64,000 nucleotides of DNA from Eledone cirrhosa (GCA_964016885.1 OZ024741.1:251410001-251474000); one strand, 5' to 3'; shown: positions 14,056 through 27,768, numbered from the stretch's first letter. Numbers and translations are program-made. The notes: generated by a model not told the origin, from the sequence alone.

Positions 14056-14580
14056 GGTTTCTGATTTAGGCACAAGGCCAGTAATTTGAAGGGGAGGAGA
14101 AAGACGATTAAATTGACCCCAGTGCGTTACTGGTACTTTATTTTATCGACCCCGCAAGAATGAAAGGCAAAGCTAATCTCGGCGTGATTTGAAATCAGAA
14201 TGTAAAGGACCGTAACTCTACCGATACTACCAATACACCACACAATTGCTATGAATAATTGTTTCTACTTTTTGGCACAAGGCCAGCAATTATTCCAGTG
14301 TATTACTGGTACTTTATTTTATCGACCCCGTAAGGATGAAAGACAAAGTTAACCTCGGCGGGATTTGTACTCAGACCGTAAAGGGACGTAACTGTGCTGC
14401 AAAGCCTGGCGTCCGACCCTCTACCGATACTGCCAATCCACCGCCCTGGTTTCTGATATAGGCACAAGACCAACCATTTTGTGGGAGGGGAAAGTCGATT
14501 AAATCGACCTGAGTACATTACTGGTACTTTATTTTATCGACCCCGTAAGGATGAAAATCAAAGCTAACGACGGTAGGATT
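14056..14580 (-). mobile_element. Cluster of three head-to-tail family-1 SINE copies
   Basis: Three repeats of GGCACAAGGCCAG...ACTGGTACTTTATTTTATCGACCCCG; another partial copy at 13387-13520. Confidence 0.85.
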
Positions 14581-15029
14581 TCCATTGCTATAAATAATAG
14601 CTAAGGAAATTGGGTAAAATTCCATTAAGGACAGAACAAAGTGACCGGCAGAAGCTGCAGTTGTTTTTTCTTTTCGTGTAGTAGCGGTTGCTGCTTATTT
14701 CGGGTATTTTACCTGATTTTTAAAGGTATTATTTATAGCAATCAACTGTTCTTACAGTTATTTTCTACATTTTGGATGCCTACACTTCGTAAAGAATTTC
14801 AAATTACCCACCGTTAAAAAAATTTAAAAAAAAATAATGTGCAATCCATAAACGTTTACATACGAAGGAAACAATCAAACAAACAAACAAAAGCAAAAAA
14901 TACGAAAGAAAATAAGCGAGCAACGTATTCTATAACCCAGCCTTGGTGGTATGTCTCAGCTGTGCCCCAGATTGGAGTAGACATGATGAACCTCTTCTCC
15001 AGCATTAAGTAGAGATACAACGGAGTTAC

Positions 15030-18000
15030 ACAGAGTGGTCCAATGATAGGCAGGGATATAGACAGTAAGACGAAGTGGTCCAATGTTAGGCAAGGATATA
15101 TGGTAGTAACAGAGAGTGGTCCAGTTTAAGCAGGGATATATGGTAGTAACAGAGAGTGGTCCAATGTTAGACAGGGATATATGGTAGTAACAGAGAGTGG
15201 TCCAATGATAGGCAGGGATATATGGTAGTAACAGAGAGTGGTCCAGTTTAAGCAGGGATATATGGTAGTAACAGAGAGTGGTCCAATGTTAGGCAGGGAT
15301 ATATGGTAGTAACAGAGAGTGGTCCAATGTTAGGCAGGGATATATGGTAGTAACAGAGAGTGGTCCAGTTTAAGCAGGGATATATGGTAGTAACAGAGAG
15401 TGGTCCAATGTTAGGCAGGGATATATGGTAGTAACAGAGAGTGGTCCAATGTTAGGCAGGGATATATGGTAGTAACAGAGAGTGGTCCAATGTTAGGCAG
15501 GGATATATGGTAGTAACAGAGAGTGGTCCAATGTTAGGCAGGGATATATGGTAGTAACAGAGAGTGGTCCAATGTTAGGCAGGGATATATGGTAGTAACA
15601 GAGAGTGGTCCAATGTTAGGCAGGGATATAGGGTAGTAACAGAGAGTGGTCCAATGTTAGGCAGGGATATATGGTAGTAACAGAGAGTGGTCCAATGTTA
15701 GGCAGGGATATAGGGTAGTAACAGAGAGTGGTCCAATGTTAGGCAGGGATATAGGGTAGTAACAGAGAGTGGTCCAATGTTAGGCAGGGATATATGGTAG
15801 TAACAGAGAGTGGTCCAATCTTAGGCAGGGATATATGGTAGGAACAGAGAGTGGTCCAATGATAGGCAGGGATATATGGTAGTAACAGAGAGTGGTCCAA
15901 TGTTAAGCAGGGATATATGGTAGTAACAGAGAGTGGTCCAATGTTAAGCAGGGACATATGGTAGTAACAGAGAGTGGTCCAATGTTAGGCAGGGATATAT
16001 GGTAGTAACAGAGAGTGGTCCAATGTTAGGCAGGGATATATGGTAGTAACAGAGAGTGGTCCAATGTTAGGCAGGGATATATGGTAGTAACAGAGAGTGG
16101 TCCAGTTTAAGCAGGGATATATGGTAGTAACAGAGAGTGGTCCAATGTTAGGCAGGGATATATGGTAGTAACAGAGAGTGGTCCAATGTTAGGCAGGGAT
16201 ATATGGTAGTAACAGAGAGTGGTCCAATGTTAGGCAGGGATATATGGTAGTAACAGAGAGTGGTCCAATGTTAGGCAGGGATATATGGTAGTAACAGAGA
16301 GTGGTCCAATGTTAGGCAGGGATATATGGTAGTAACAGAGAGTGGTCCAATGTTAGGCAGGGATATAGGGTAGTAACAGAGAGTGGTCCAATGTTAGGCA
16401 GGGATATATGGTAGTAACAGAGAGTGGTCCAATGTTAGGCAGGGATATAGGGTAGTAACAGAGAGTGGTCCAATGTTAGGCAGGGATATAGGGTAGTAAC
16501 AGAGAGTGGTCCAATGTTAGGCAGGGATATATGGTAGTAACAGAGAGTGGTCCAATCTTAGGCAGGGATATATGGTAGGAACAGAGAGTGGTCCAATGAT
16601 AGGCAGGGATATATGGTAGTAACAGAGAGTGGTCCAATGTTAAGCAGGGATATATGGTAGTAACAGAGAGTGGTCCAATGTTAAGCAGGGACATATGGTA
16701 GTAACAGAGAGTGGTCCAATGTTAGGCAGGGATATATGGTAGTAACAGAGAGTGGTCCAATCTTAGGCAGGGATATATGGTAGTAACAGAGAGTGGTCCA
16801 ATGTTAAGCAGGGATATATGGTAGTAACAGAGAGTGGTCCAATGTTAGGCAGGGACATATGGTAGTAACAGGGAGTGGTCCAATGTTAGGCAGGGATATA
16901 TGGTAGTAACAGAGAGTGGTCCAATGTTAGGCAGGGATATAGGGTAGTAACAGAGAGTGGTCCAATGTTAGGCAGGGATATATGGTAGTAACAGAGAGTG
17001 GTCCAATGTTAGGCAGGGATATAGGGTAGTAACAGAGAGTGGTCCAATGTTAGGCAGGGATATATGGTAGTAACAGAGAGTGATCCAATCTTAGGCAGGG
17101 ATATATGGTAGTAACAGAGAGTGGTCCAATGATAGGCAGGGATATATGGTAGTAACAGAGAGTGGTCCAATGTTAAGCAGGGATATATGGTAGTAACAGA
17201 GAGTGGTCCAATGTTAAGCAGGGACATATGGTAGTAACAGAGAGTGGTCCAATGTTAGGCAGGGATATATGGTAGTAACAGAGAGTGGTCCAATCTTAGG
17301 CAGGGATATATGGTAGTAACAGAGAGTGGTCCAATGTTAAGCAGGGATATATGGTAGTAACAGAGAGTGGTCCAATGTTAGGCAGGGACATATGGTAGTA
17401 ACAGAGAGTGGTCCAATGTTAGGCAGGGATATATGGTAGTAACAGAGAGTGGTCCAATGTTAAGAAGGGACATATGGTAGTAACAGAGAGTGGTCCAATG
17501 TTAGGCAGGGATATATGGTAGTAACAGAGAGTGGTCCAATCTTAGGCAGGGATATATGGTAGTAACAGACAGTGGTCCAATGTTAGGCAGGGATATAAGG
17601 TAGTAACAGAGAGTGGTCCAATGATAGGCAGGGATATGTGGTAGTAACAGAGAGTGGTCCAATGTTAGGCAGGGATATATGGTAGTAACAGAGAGTGGTC
17701 CAATGTTAGGCAGGGATATATGGTAGTAACAGAGAGTGGTCCAATGTTAGGCAGGGATATATGGTAGTAACAGAGAGTGGTCCAATGTTAGGCATGGATA
17801 TAGAGTAGTAACAGAGAGTGGTCCAATGTTAGGCAGGGATATAGGGTAGTAACAGAGAGTGGTCCAATGATAGGCAGTGATATATGGTAGTAACAGAGAG
17901 TGGTCCAATGTTAGGCAGGGATATATGGTAGTAACAGAGAGTGGTCCAATGTTAGGCAGGGATATATGGTAGTAACAGAGAGTGGTCCAATGTTAGGCAG

Positions 18001-20080
18001 GGATATATGGTAGTAACAGAGAGTGGTCCAATGTTAGGCAGGGATATATGGTAGTAACAGAGAGTGGTCCAATGTTAGGCAGTCATATAGGGTAGTAACA
18101 GAGAGTGGTCCAATGTTAGGCAGGGATATATGGTAGTAACAGAGAGTGGTCCAATGTTAGGCAGGGATATAGGGTAGTAACAGAGAGTGGTCCAATGTTA
18201 GGCAGGGATATAGGGTAGTAACAGAGAGTGGTCCAATGTTAGGCAGGGATATATGGTAGTAACAGAGAGTGGTCCAATCTTAGGCAGGGATATATGGTAG
18301 GAACAGAGAGTGGTCCAATGATAGGCAGGGATATATGGTAGTAACAGAGAGTGGTCCAATGTTAAGCAGGGATATATGGTAGTAACAGAGAGTGGTCCAA
18401 TGTTAAGCAGGGACATATGGTAGTAACAGAGAGTGGTCCAATGTTAGGCAGGGATATATGGTAGTAACAGAGAGTGGTCCAATCTTAGGCAGGGATATAT
18501 GGTAGTAACAGAGAGTGGTCTAATGTTAAGCAGGGATATATGGTAGTAACAGAGAGTGGTCCAATGTTAGGCAGGGACATATGGTAGTAACAGGGAGTGG
18601 TCCAATGTTAGGCAGGGATATATGGTAGTAACAGAGAGTGGTCCAATGTTAGGCAGGGATATAGGGTAGTAACAGAGAGTGGTCCAATGTTAGGCAGGGA
18701 TATATGGTAGTAACAGAGAGTGGTCCAATGTTAGGCAGGGATATAGGGTAGTAACAGAGAGTGGTCCAATGTTAGGCAGGGATATATGGTAGTAACAGAG
18801 AGTGATCCAATCTTAGGCAGGGATATATGGTAGTAACAGAGAGTGGTCCAATGATAGGCAGGGATATATGGTAGTAACAGAGAGTGGTCCAATGTTAAGC
18901 AGGGATATATGGTAGTAACAGAGAGTGGTCCAATGTTAAGCAGGGACATATGGTAGTAACAGAGAGTGGTCCAATGTTAGGCAGGGATATATGGTAGTAA
19001 CAGAGAGTGGTCCAATCTTAGGCAGGGATATATGGTAGTAACAGAGAGTGGTCCAATGTTAAGCAGGGATATATGGTAGTAACAGAGAGTGGTCCAATGT
19101 TAGGCAGGGACATATGGTAGTAACAGAGAGTGGTCCAATGTTAGGCAGGGATATATGGTAGTAACAGAGAGTGGTCCAATGTTAAGAAGGGACATATGGT
19201 AGTAACAGAGAGTGGTCCAATGTTAGGCAGGGATATATGGTAGTAACAGAGAGTGGTCCAATCTTAGGCAGGGATATATGGTAGTAACAGACAGTGGTCC
19301 AATGTTAGGCAGGGATATAAGGTAGTAACAGAGAGTGGTCCAATGATAGGCAGGGATATGTGGTAGTAACAGAGAGTGGTCCAATGTTAGGCAGGGATAT
19401 ATGGTAGTAACAGAGAGTGGTCCAATGTTAGGCAGGGATATATGGTAGTAACAGAGAGTGGTCCAATGTTAGGCAGGGATATATGGTAGTAACAGAGAGT
19501 GGTCCAATGTTAGGCATGGATATAGAGTAGTAACAGAGAGTGGTCCAATGTTAGGCAGGGATATAGGGTAGTAACAGAGAGTGGTCCAATGATAGGCAGT
19601 GATATATGGTAGTAACAGAGAGTGGTCCAATGTTAGGCAGGGATATATGGTAGTAACAGAGAGTGGTCCAATCTTAGGCAGGGATATATGGTAGTAACAG
19701 AGAGTGGTCCAATGTTAGGCAGGGATATATGGCAGTAACAGAGAGTGGTCCAATGTTAGGCAGGGATATAAGGTAGTAACAGAGAGTGGTCCAATGTTAT
19801 GCAGTGATATATGGTAGTAACAGAGAGTGGTCCAATGTTAGGCAGGGATATATGGTAGTAACAGAGAGTGGTCCAATGTTAGGCAGGGATATATGGTAGT
19901 AACAGAGAGTGGTCCAATGTTATGCCAGGCATATAAGACAGTAAGATGAAGTAGTCCAATGTTAGGCAGGGATATAAGACAGTAAGATGAAGTGGTCCAA
20001 TGTTAGGTGGAGATATAGCGGGGTATCACAAGGTGGTCCCTCTTTGAGCAGAGATATAAGAGGTTACAGAGAACGGTGCT
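15030..20080. repeat. 41-bp tandem satellite, ~120 units, with higher-order repeats
   Basis: Unit GTGGTCCAATGTTAGGCAGGGATATATGGTAGTAACAGAGA. Variant blocks recur at offsets 533 (13 units), 737 (~18 units) and 1722 bp (42 units). Edge units are degenerate. Confidence 0.95.
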
Positions 20081-20171
20081 CCACCCCTCATCGTTAGTTA
20101 CAGTTCAATAATATATGGACAGATATAAATTCCTACACTGTCCAACACACACACATATATATATAACACCC

Positions 20172-20211
<40 letters not shown>

Positions 20212-20291
20212 CCATAAAACATGTCCAGTGAATATCCAACTGATAAGGTATGATTATCATGGGTATGTCTCTATTTATAAAACAAACTTTG

Positions 20292-20355
20292 TATTTTATC
20301 TGATGAAAGCGTACCAATGTTGTTTTGGTACCCTTGAAATATATATATTAAAATA
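20292..20355 (+). ncRNA. Minimal hammerhead ribozyme (family C)
   Basis: TATTTTAT-CTGATGA-AAGCGTACCAA/TTGGTACCCTT-GAAA-TATATA-TA-TTAAAATA. Confidence 0.75.
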
Positions 20356-20394
20356 AATATGGTTTTATAAATATAGTTTCCATTTATTTAATAT

Positions 20395-20474
<80 letters not shown>

Positions 20475-20607
20475 GGATAGTGTCCCGAAATGGATAGGAG
20501 AAATAACCACAGATAGATAAGGTACTCAATACGTTATGCATAATTATTATATAGAAATGGCATATACAGGACTAAAACTGTTATATCTATATACACTGAA
20601 CTGTCAT

Positions 20608-20638
<31 letters not shown>

Positions 20639-20736
20639 GTGGTAGAACACTGGATGGTAATATCCGTAGTGGTAGAGCACTCAGTCCATGGGACGAGTTA
20701 GGTAGAAGTGGTTACACAACAGTTAGTTCACCATAC

Positions 20737-20774
20737 CGAGAACAATTGTTTCACCTTAGCGGACCCTCACCTCG
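20737..20774 (-). ncRNA. Degenerate hammerhead motif
   Basis: Reverse complement: CGAG-GTGAGGG-TCC-GCTAA-GGT-GAAA-CAATTG-TT-CTCG. Stems I and III are intact but the CUGANGA core is mutated. Confidence 0.45.
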
Positions 20775-20785
20775 TAATGGTTCAC

Positions 20786-20825
<40 letters not shown>

Positions 20826-20854
20826 GTAATCTGAGTTTTTCGAATATTAATAAT

Positions 20855-21030
20855 TGTTTCTACTTTTGGCACAAGGCCAGCAATTATCCAGTACATTACT
20901 GGTACTTTATTTTATCGACCCCGTAAGGATGAAAGGCAAAGTTAACCTCGACGGGATTTGAACTCAGACCGTAATGGGACGTAACTATGCTGGAAAGCAT
21001 GGCGTCCGACCCTCTACCGATACTGCCAAT
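20855..21030 (-). mobile_element. tRNA SINE family 1 (internally deleted subfamily)
   Basis: GGCACAAGGCCAGCAATTATCCAGTACATTACTGGTACTTT...ACCGATACTGCCAAT. Confidence 0.85.
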
Positions 21031-21211
21031 TATTTGCTCTAAACATTCACAGGACCATGTGTATTACATGTGTAAAGTTTGAAAACAATCGGTTGGGTGG
21101 TTCTCGAGTTTTAGGGAGCTGACAGACAGACTGACATTATCTGTTTTAGATATATATATATGTATGTGTGTGTGTGTGTACACTCCACACTGTCCTCTGC
21201 CCATATATATA

Positions 21212-21500
21212 TACACTGTACACCACCCTACACTGTTATAGATACATATACACTGTACACCACCCTACACTGTTATACATACATATACACTGTACACCAC
21301 CCTACACTGTTATAGATACATATACACTGTACACCACCCTACACTGTTATACATACATATACACTGTACACCACCCTACACTGTTATACATACATATACA
21401 CTGTACACCACCCTACACTGTTATACATACATATACACTGTACATCACCCTACACTGTTATACATACATATACACTGTACATCACCCTACACTGCTCTAC
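21212..21500. repeat. 37-bp minisatellite (~8 units)
   Basis: Unit TACACTGTACACCACCCTACACTGTTATACATACATA. Confidence 0.9.
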
Positions 21501-21589
21501 ACAACCATACACTTTCATTCATTGTCATACATATACACTGCCCTACACTGCCATACATATATATACTAGGGTTTCCTTTTACCCTACAT

Positions 21590-22000
21590 TTCTCTCTCTC
21601 TCTCTTTCATTCTCTCTTTATCTCTCTCATCTTCACTCTCTCTCTCTCTCACCCTCTCTCTTTCTCTCTCTCATCTTTCTTCTCCACTTTCTCTCTCTCT
21701 CTCTCTCTGTATCTCTCGCTCTCGTTATCTCTCTCTCTCTCTCTCTCCACTCTTCACTCTCTCCACTCTTCACTCTCTCTCTCTATTTCTATCTCTCTTC
21801 TCCAATGTTCACTCTTCTCTCCCCTCTCTCTCTTTCTCTCTCTTTCTCTCTCTTTATTTCTCTCATTCTATTTTACTCTTTTATTCTTTCATTTCTTCTC
21901 TCTATACTTTCTCTTTTCATTTCTCCTCTCGTCTTCTTTCTATCTCTATTCCACATTAACTCTCTCTTCTCGCTCTTTCTCTCGCTCTTTTTATATCTCT

Positions 22001-22070
<70 letters not shown>

Positions 22071-22466
22071 CTCTCTCTCTCTCCCATTCTCTCCATTCAT
22101 ACAATCTTACTATCTCCCTCACTCTCTATTTCCTCTTCTCTTTTCACGAAATCTCTTTTTTCTTTATACACCTCCTCTCCCCCTCAACCTATGTCTTCTC
22201 CACTTCCTTTCTCTCTCTCTCTTTCTTTCACCTGCCTTTCTTTTTCCTCGTTCTTTTCTTCACTCTCTTCCGTTCTCTCGCTCTCCCTTTCTTTCACTCT
22301 CCACTCCCCTCGCTCCATCTTTCTTCTGTTCCTCTCCTTTCTCTCTCCTTTTCTTTCATTCATCTCTACCCCTTTTCTCCTCTTCACTCTCCTCCTTTCC
22401 ATCTATCTCCCTTTCTTTCGCTCTCGGCTTCCCTCACTTTCACTCTATTTCTTCTCACCACTCTCC

Positions 22467-22523
<57 letters not shown>

Positions 22524-22800
22524 TCTCTCACTCCCTCTCTCTCACCTTTCCTTTTCCTCCCGGTTTCCCTTTCTTTGGCTCTCGTCTCCTCCATCTTTAT
22601 TTCTTCTCTTTATTCTCCTCCTTTCTTTCACTCTGCCCCCCCCCCCTCCCTCTCTATATTTATTGATCTCACATCCATATTCATTTCTTCTCTCCTTCAC
22701 TACTAATCTACTCCCTCCCTCCCTCCTACTATCAGCCGTCCAGCTCACCCTCTCTTTACTTTTTCTCTCTACTCTCATTCATCCCTCTACTCATTGCTCA
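21590..22800. repeat. CT-rich low-complexity tract
   Basis: Degenerate (CT)n/(CTT)n polypyrimidine sequence. Confidence 0.85.
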
Positions 22801-23325
22801 TTCTCTAAATATCCCTATATACCTTCTTTTTCTCATGCATCCTCCCTATCAGTTGCCCTTTCTGTCACCCCCGCCCTCGTCCAATCCAAACCAATCCTTT
22901 CTCCCACACACAAACCCCCACTACGTCACCAGGTTACCAAACTCTTATGTATCATTCAGCTAATAGTAATGGAGGCTCTATTAAATACAATACTTTCCTC
23001 AACACCATCCAACACATAGATATACACTTTACACTGGTCTACACACACGCACATACAATACATACGCACAAGCACATACATATTTACACACACAAACATA
23101 CATCCACACATATACACAGACTTAAGCATATATACAGACATATACACACACACATACACACACACATACACATATATGTCTACATATTAGATATGTGTAT
23201 ATATTTATACACATTGGTGCAGTCTCGGTTAAACACTCTGTATTTATACAGATATAATTTTATCATACACTTCGGCTGCTAACGCACTTCTTACAATATA
23301 TATATATAGAGAGAGAGAGAGAGGG

Positions 23326-23408
<83 letters not shown>

Positions 23409-23554
23409 CGTCTGTGGTGCTGAAACCGAGGAACCATTAATTATGGGAGTACTCAATGCATGGGGAGATGCATAGTGGGTATAGAAAAAGGTACAATCCC
23501 GGCCGCGGTGCCAAGCGGTTTCACTTGGCGCCGCGGTTGGATTTTACAACCCCG

Positions 23555-23620
<66 letters not shown>

Positions 23621-23673
23621 CAAGAAAGAAGAGTGACACGGTTTGCTATACAAAAAAGGTTTTTAATCACTTT

Positions 23674-23779
23674 GCTGACAATTGTTTCTCTGAACTGGTA
23701 GGTCTAGAGATCACTACCCGCCTGTTTTCGCGTCAATCGATCACTAATACATAGTTGTAACCAGTCAATTCATCAGAGC
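23674..23779 (-). ncRNA. Hammerhead ribozyme with extended stem II (family D), minus copy
   Basis: Mirror of 25015-25120. Confidence 0.65.
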
Positions 23780-25014
23780 TAGCGAGAATGAAGGGAATAC
23801 ACAGGCATGGCTTCTATATATAGCAGTGGCATTCAATCAGAACAATAACAACAATACTAACAATGCTAGCAATAAATTATTTGAAATAATCACAACATCA
23901 ATCTAAGTAAGACATAGAGTATACTTAAGACTTTAGCGTGTAAAATGAGTTGATATGAGGCAGATATATGAAATTGACATGTAAAAGCTGTCGTGGGGTG
24001 TATTATATATAGTGTGGATATAAGCCGGGGCTTTAAACAATGTACCATTTCCTTTACCGTAGGTTTGGTGACCGTAAGAATTATTTATTATCTGACAGAT
24101 AAAATATTTATCATTGTAGTGAGGATAGTAATATTTGTGGTGTGAAGTGGATTCAATATTTATGTGGTCTATATTAGATGAAGGGATTGTTAGTTCGAAT
24201 CATGGGGTTGTTTAGCTTTCACATCATCAATAACATACATGTATAAGATAACATTAACAGAGTAGCAATATAATAGGTAAGTTAATACAGAGGTTAAGGA
24301 GGCAATATATATATATATAGAGAGAGAGAAAACATGCTGACTACAATTATAACAACAGGAGGAAGGTGATGTTTTACTGTGGTAGTATTCTGATAATGTA
24401 CTTGGATTTAGGTTCATCTGTTGAGAATCAAGAGTGAGGAAGTTGTGTTATAATTGTCGTCAGCATGTTTTCTCTCTATATATATATATAGCCTCCTTAA
24501 CCTCTGTATTAACTTACCTATGATATTGCTACTCTGTTAATGTTATCTTATACATGTATGTTATTGATGATGTGAAAGCTAAACAACCCCATGATTCGAA
24601 CTAACAATCCCTTCATCTAATATAGACCACATAAATATTGAATCCACTTCACACCACAAATATTACTATCCTCACTACAATGATAAATATTTTATCTGTC
24701 AGATAATAAATAATTCTTACGGTCACCAAACCTACGGTAAAGGAAATGGTACATTGTTTAAAGCCCCGGCTAATCTCTACACTATATATAATACACCCCA
24801 TGACAGCTTTTACATGTCAATTTATTACATCAGCCTCATATCAACTCATTTTACATGCTAAAGTCCTAAGTATACTCTATGTCTTACTTAGATTGATGTT
24901 GTGATTATTTCAAATAATTTATTGTTCGCACTGTTAGTATTGTTGTTATTGTTCTGATTGAATGCCACTGCTATATATAGAAGCCATGCCTGTGTATTCC
25001 CTTCATTCTCGCTA

Positions 25015-25120
25015 GCTCTGATGAATTGACTGGTTACAACTATGTATTGGTGATCGATTGACGCGAAAACAGGCGGGTAGTGATCTCTAGACCTACCAGT
25101 TCAGAGAAACAATTGTCAGC
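25015..25120 (+). ncRNA. Hammerhead ribozyme with extended stem II (family D)
   Basis: GCT-CTGATGA(25018-24)-ATTGACTGGT...ACCAGTTCAGA-GAAA(25106-09)-CAATTG-TC-AGC. GUC cleavage triplet, palindromic stem III, ~80-nt stem II domain. Confidence 0.65.
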
Positions 25121-25415
25121 AAAGTGATTAAAAACCTTTTTTGTATAGCAAACCGTGTCACTCTTCTTTCTTGATTTATCATTACTCCAAGTGTAAACAA
25201 CATAGAAATCACGGCGTACTCGCAGCACCACTATGGAAACGCCTTGTTGAGTCAAACTTAGCCAAGCGTTGATACAATCCACTACTCGGAGTACCCTAAC
25301 TGGACTACACCTAAGTGGACTACCTATAACAATAATCTGTTATCCCCCCCGTATATATATAAAATAAAGTAATTAAGTAAAGTATTTAAGATTCGGCTTC
25401 GTTTATTAAAGATGT

Positions 25416-25470
25416 ACTGCTATATATATTTCGGTGACAGCCATCATTGGCTGTGACCTCTTCAGGCAGT
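25416..25470 (-). ncRNA. Minimal hammerhead ribozyme (family E), minus copy
   Basis: Reverse complement: ACTGC-CTGAAGA-GGTCACAGCCA-ATGA-TGGCTGTCACC-GAAA-TATATA-TA-GCAGT. Confidence 0.88.
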
Positions 25471-25629
25471 TCGAATTGGTGTGGTAGAGACAGGTACACA
25501 TGTTGTTAAAGTGTTTTACTCCTTCAGTACTCCGATATCTCCAGCTCCTGGTTGGGTTGTTATTTCTCTGAGGAACTGGAATCATATGATTTAACAACAT
25601 GTGTACCTGTCTCTACCACACCAATTCGA

Positions 25630-25684
25630 ACTGCCTGAAGAGGTCACAGCCAATGATGGCTGCCACCGAAATATATATAGCAGT
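25630..25684 (+). ncRNA. Minimal hammerhead ribozyme (family E)
   Basis: ACTGC-CTGAAGA-GGTCACAGCCA-ATGA-TGGCTGCCACC-GAAA-TATATA-TA-GCAGT. Canonical G10.1-C11.1, 5-bp stem I; predicted cleavage after 25679. Confidence 0.88.
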
Positions 25685-25830
25685 ACATCTTTAATAAACG
25701 AAGCCAAATCTTAAATATTTGACTTAATTACTTTATTTTAGATTACTCCGGAGTAACCAAACCAACCTGCGTACTTCGTTGAGTGCTTCAATCTGCATAT
25801 TGAGGTGTCGGTAAACAACCAACATATACT

Positions 25831-25873
<43 letters not shown>

Positions 25874-26195
25874 AACAGACTTTCAATTTCCACATAAAGG
25901 GAAAATATATTTGGATATAAAATCCCGTTAAATGTGTTTGCATAATATTAGCCACTAAATCTGCCACAATACCTCAGAAATATGAATGCGATTACAAAAA
26001 CATACTAAGCTGTCTTCCAAAGGAACATGGTTATCCTCCCTGTGTGTGAATGTGTGTGTGTATGTGCGTGAATATGTGAATGTGTGATTGTATGCATGAC
26101 CGTGAGTGTATGTGTGCATGTGCCTGAGAGAGAGAGAGTATGTGTGTGTGTGTGTGTATGATTATATGTGTGAATGGGATTACAGGTGTGTAAAA

Positions 26196-26273
<78 letters not shown>

Positions 26274-27428
26274 GTGTGTGCATCTCACTTTCACTCTCTT
26301 TTTATATATAGGTTTGACAAAAAACGCCTTTAAAACCCGATATACAAACCATAGCTATTCATGATGATCCAGGAATAACAATCAATTTAACATCATTGTC
26401 TCAATATTTGTAGAAACTAAATGATAGAGGAGCTAATGAGGCTACTGAAAAAAAATAAAAATGATCATTGGCAAGAAAGCCAAAATAAGAAAATGCAGGG
26501 AACAAAAGATGCAAGGTTTCAACCAGCATTGAGAAAAGAAGACAGTAGACATGCTCTCCGTTTTTAGATATATATGATCCGAATTGACAAGATCCCAGGC
26601 CTCATTCGCTTACCAAGTGATAGTGGGACTCGTTAGATTGGATCATAGAAACAATGTTTCCATTGGTCTTTTCAATAACTAATACTGTCTACCAGTCACA
26701 ACTCCTGGTGAAAAGAAGAAGTGCCTTGCTCAAAGACATGATGCATCGCCCGGCCTGGGAATCGAATTATCAACGTCATGATTACGAATTCTACTCTCTT
26801 ACCACTAAGCCACAGACCTTCAATATTTTTACATATAAAATTCAGTATTTTACCTTCCAGTTTCATTCCATTATAAGATCCATTTCAGATACAAATATGA
26901 TAATTATTTTCCTAAAATAAATAATTACTCTATAAGAATATTTAAGAATTGCTAAGGTAAAATTCTATTATTCTCACTCTTTTCCCAGCTTTTTGTCCTA
27001 TTTTCCCTAATTTATATTACCTTGGCACCTATAATCTCACACGCATTGTCGAGCTTCCAAATAATTAAACTTGTCTGCTAGTTATATTTGTATTTCTTCT
27101 TCCACAATAATTCAAGCGAACAACAACACTTTGTTATTTAAGAATTAGATTAATCGCCTCTAAATAAAATCATGAAACCCACCACCAAATGTAGATTAAA
27201 AGTTCTGTCACTTCATGTTGAACTATCTTCTATTAAACTATGAACCATTAACACCACATTACCTGAAATGACTAATAAAATTGATATGGGAAATATTTTG
27301 TTCTAATGCCATCTTGGTATTTTTACAAACTTGTATTTGAATGAACATTCAGAGTGAGTAATGGTAGCCATGTATAAATGACGATATTTCTCTGTAAACT
27401 GCATTTAGTACCGTTTTCTCGTTAGTGA

Positions 27429-27466
<38 letters not shown>

Positions 27467-27510
27467 AAACAGAAATAACAAAAATAACAAAACAAACGGC
27501 ACAGTACATG

Positions 27511-27569
<59 letters not shown>

Positions 27570-27768
27570 AAGAAGGGATATTCTTCAATTTGTTGGTAAT
27601 TCAACAAATATAAATGTTTATAACTGATTCAGAGCACTGTTCAAGATTTCATCTTAATAAATTGAAATATCTGACTTTTCTTCTCTTATCCCTTCACTAT
27701 CCAAGGATAACTTGAACCGTTAAGGTATATTCTCCTTGGTTATGTCAACATTTATAAAACACACTTCG

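Larger units (their letters stand above)
23616..25180. repeat. 1.56-kb inverted repeat (arms ~740 bp, spacer ~90 bp), PLE-like
   Basis: 23616-24354 is the reverse complement of 24445-25180 with scattered substitutions. Each arm carries a hammerhead. Confidence 0.92.
25360..25740. repeat. Inverted repeat, ~150-bp arms, ~80-bp spacer
   Basis: TAAAATAAAGTAATTAAG...CACATGTTGTTAAA / TTTAACAACATGTG...CTTAATTACTTTATTTTA. Confidence 0.92.

Noticed and set aside
15030-20080. CRISPR-like regular repeat
   Set aside because: No unique spacers; a pure tandem 41-bp satellite in eukaryotic DNA.
23616-25180. Assembly or amplification fold-back artefact as the explanation of the large palindrome
   Set aside because: The arms differ by many substitutions and small indels and enclose a unique spacer, consistent with a real aged insertion; read-level confirmation is still advisable.
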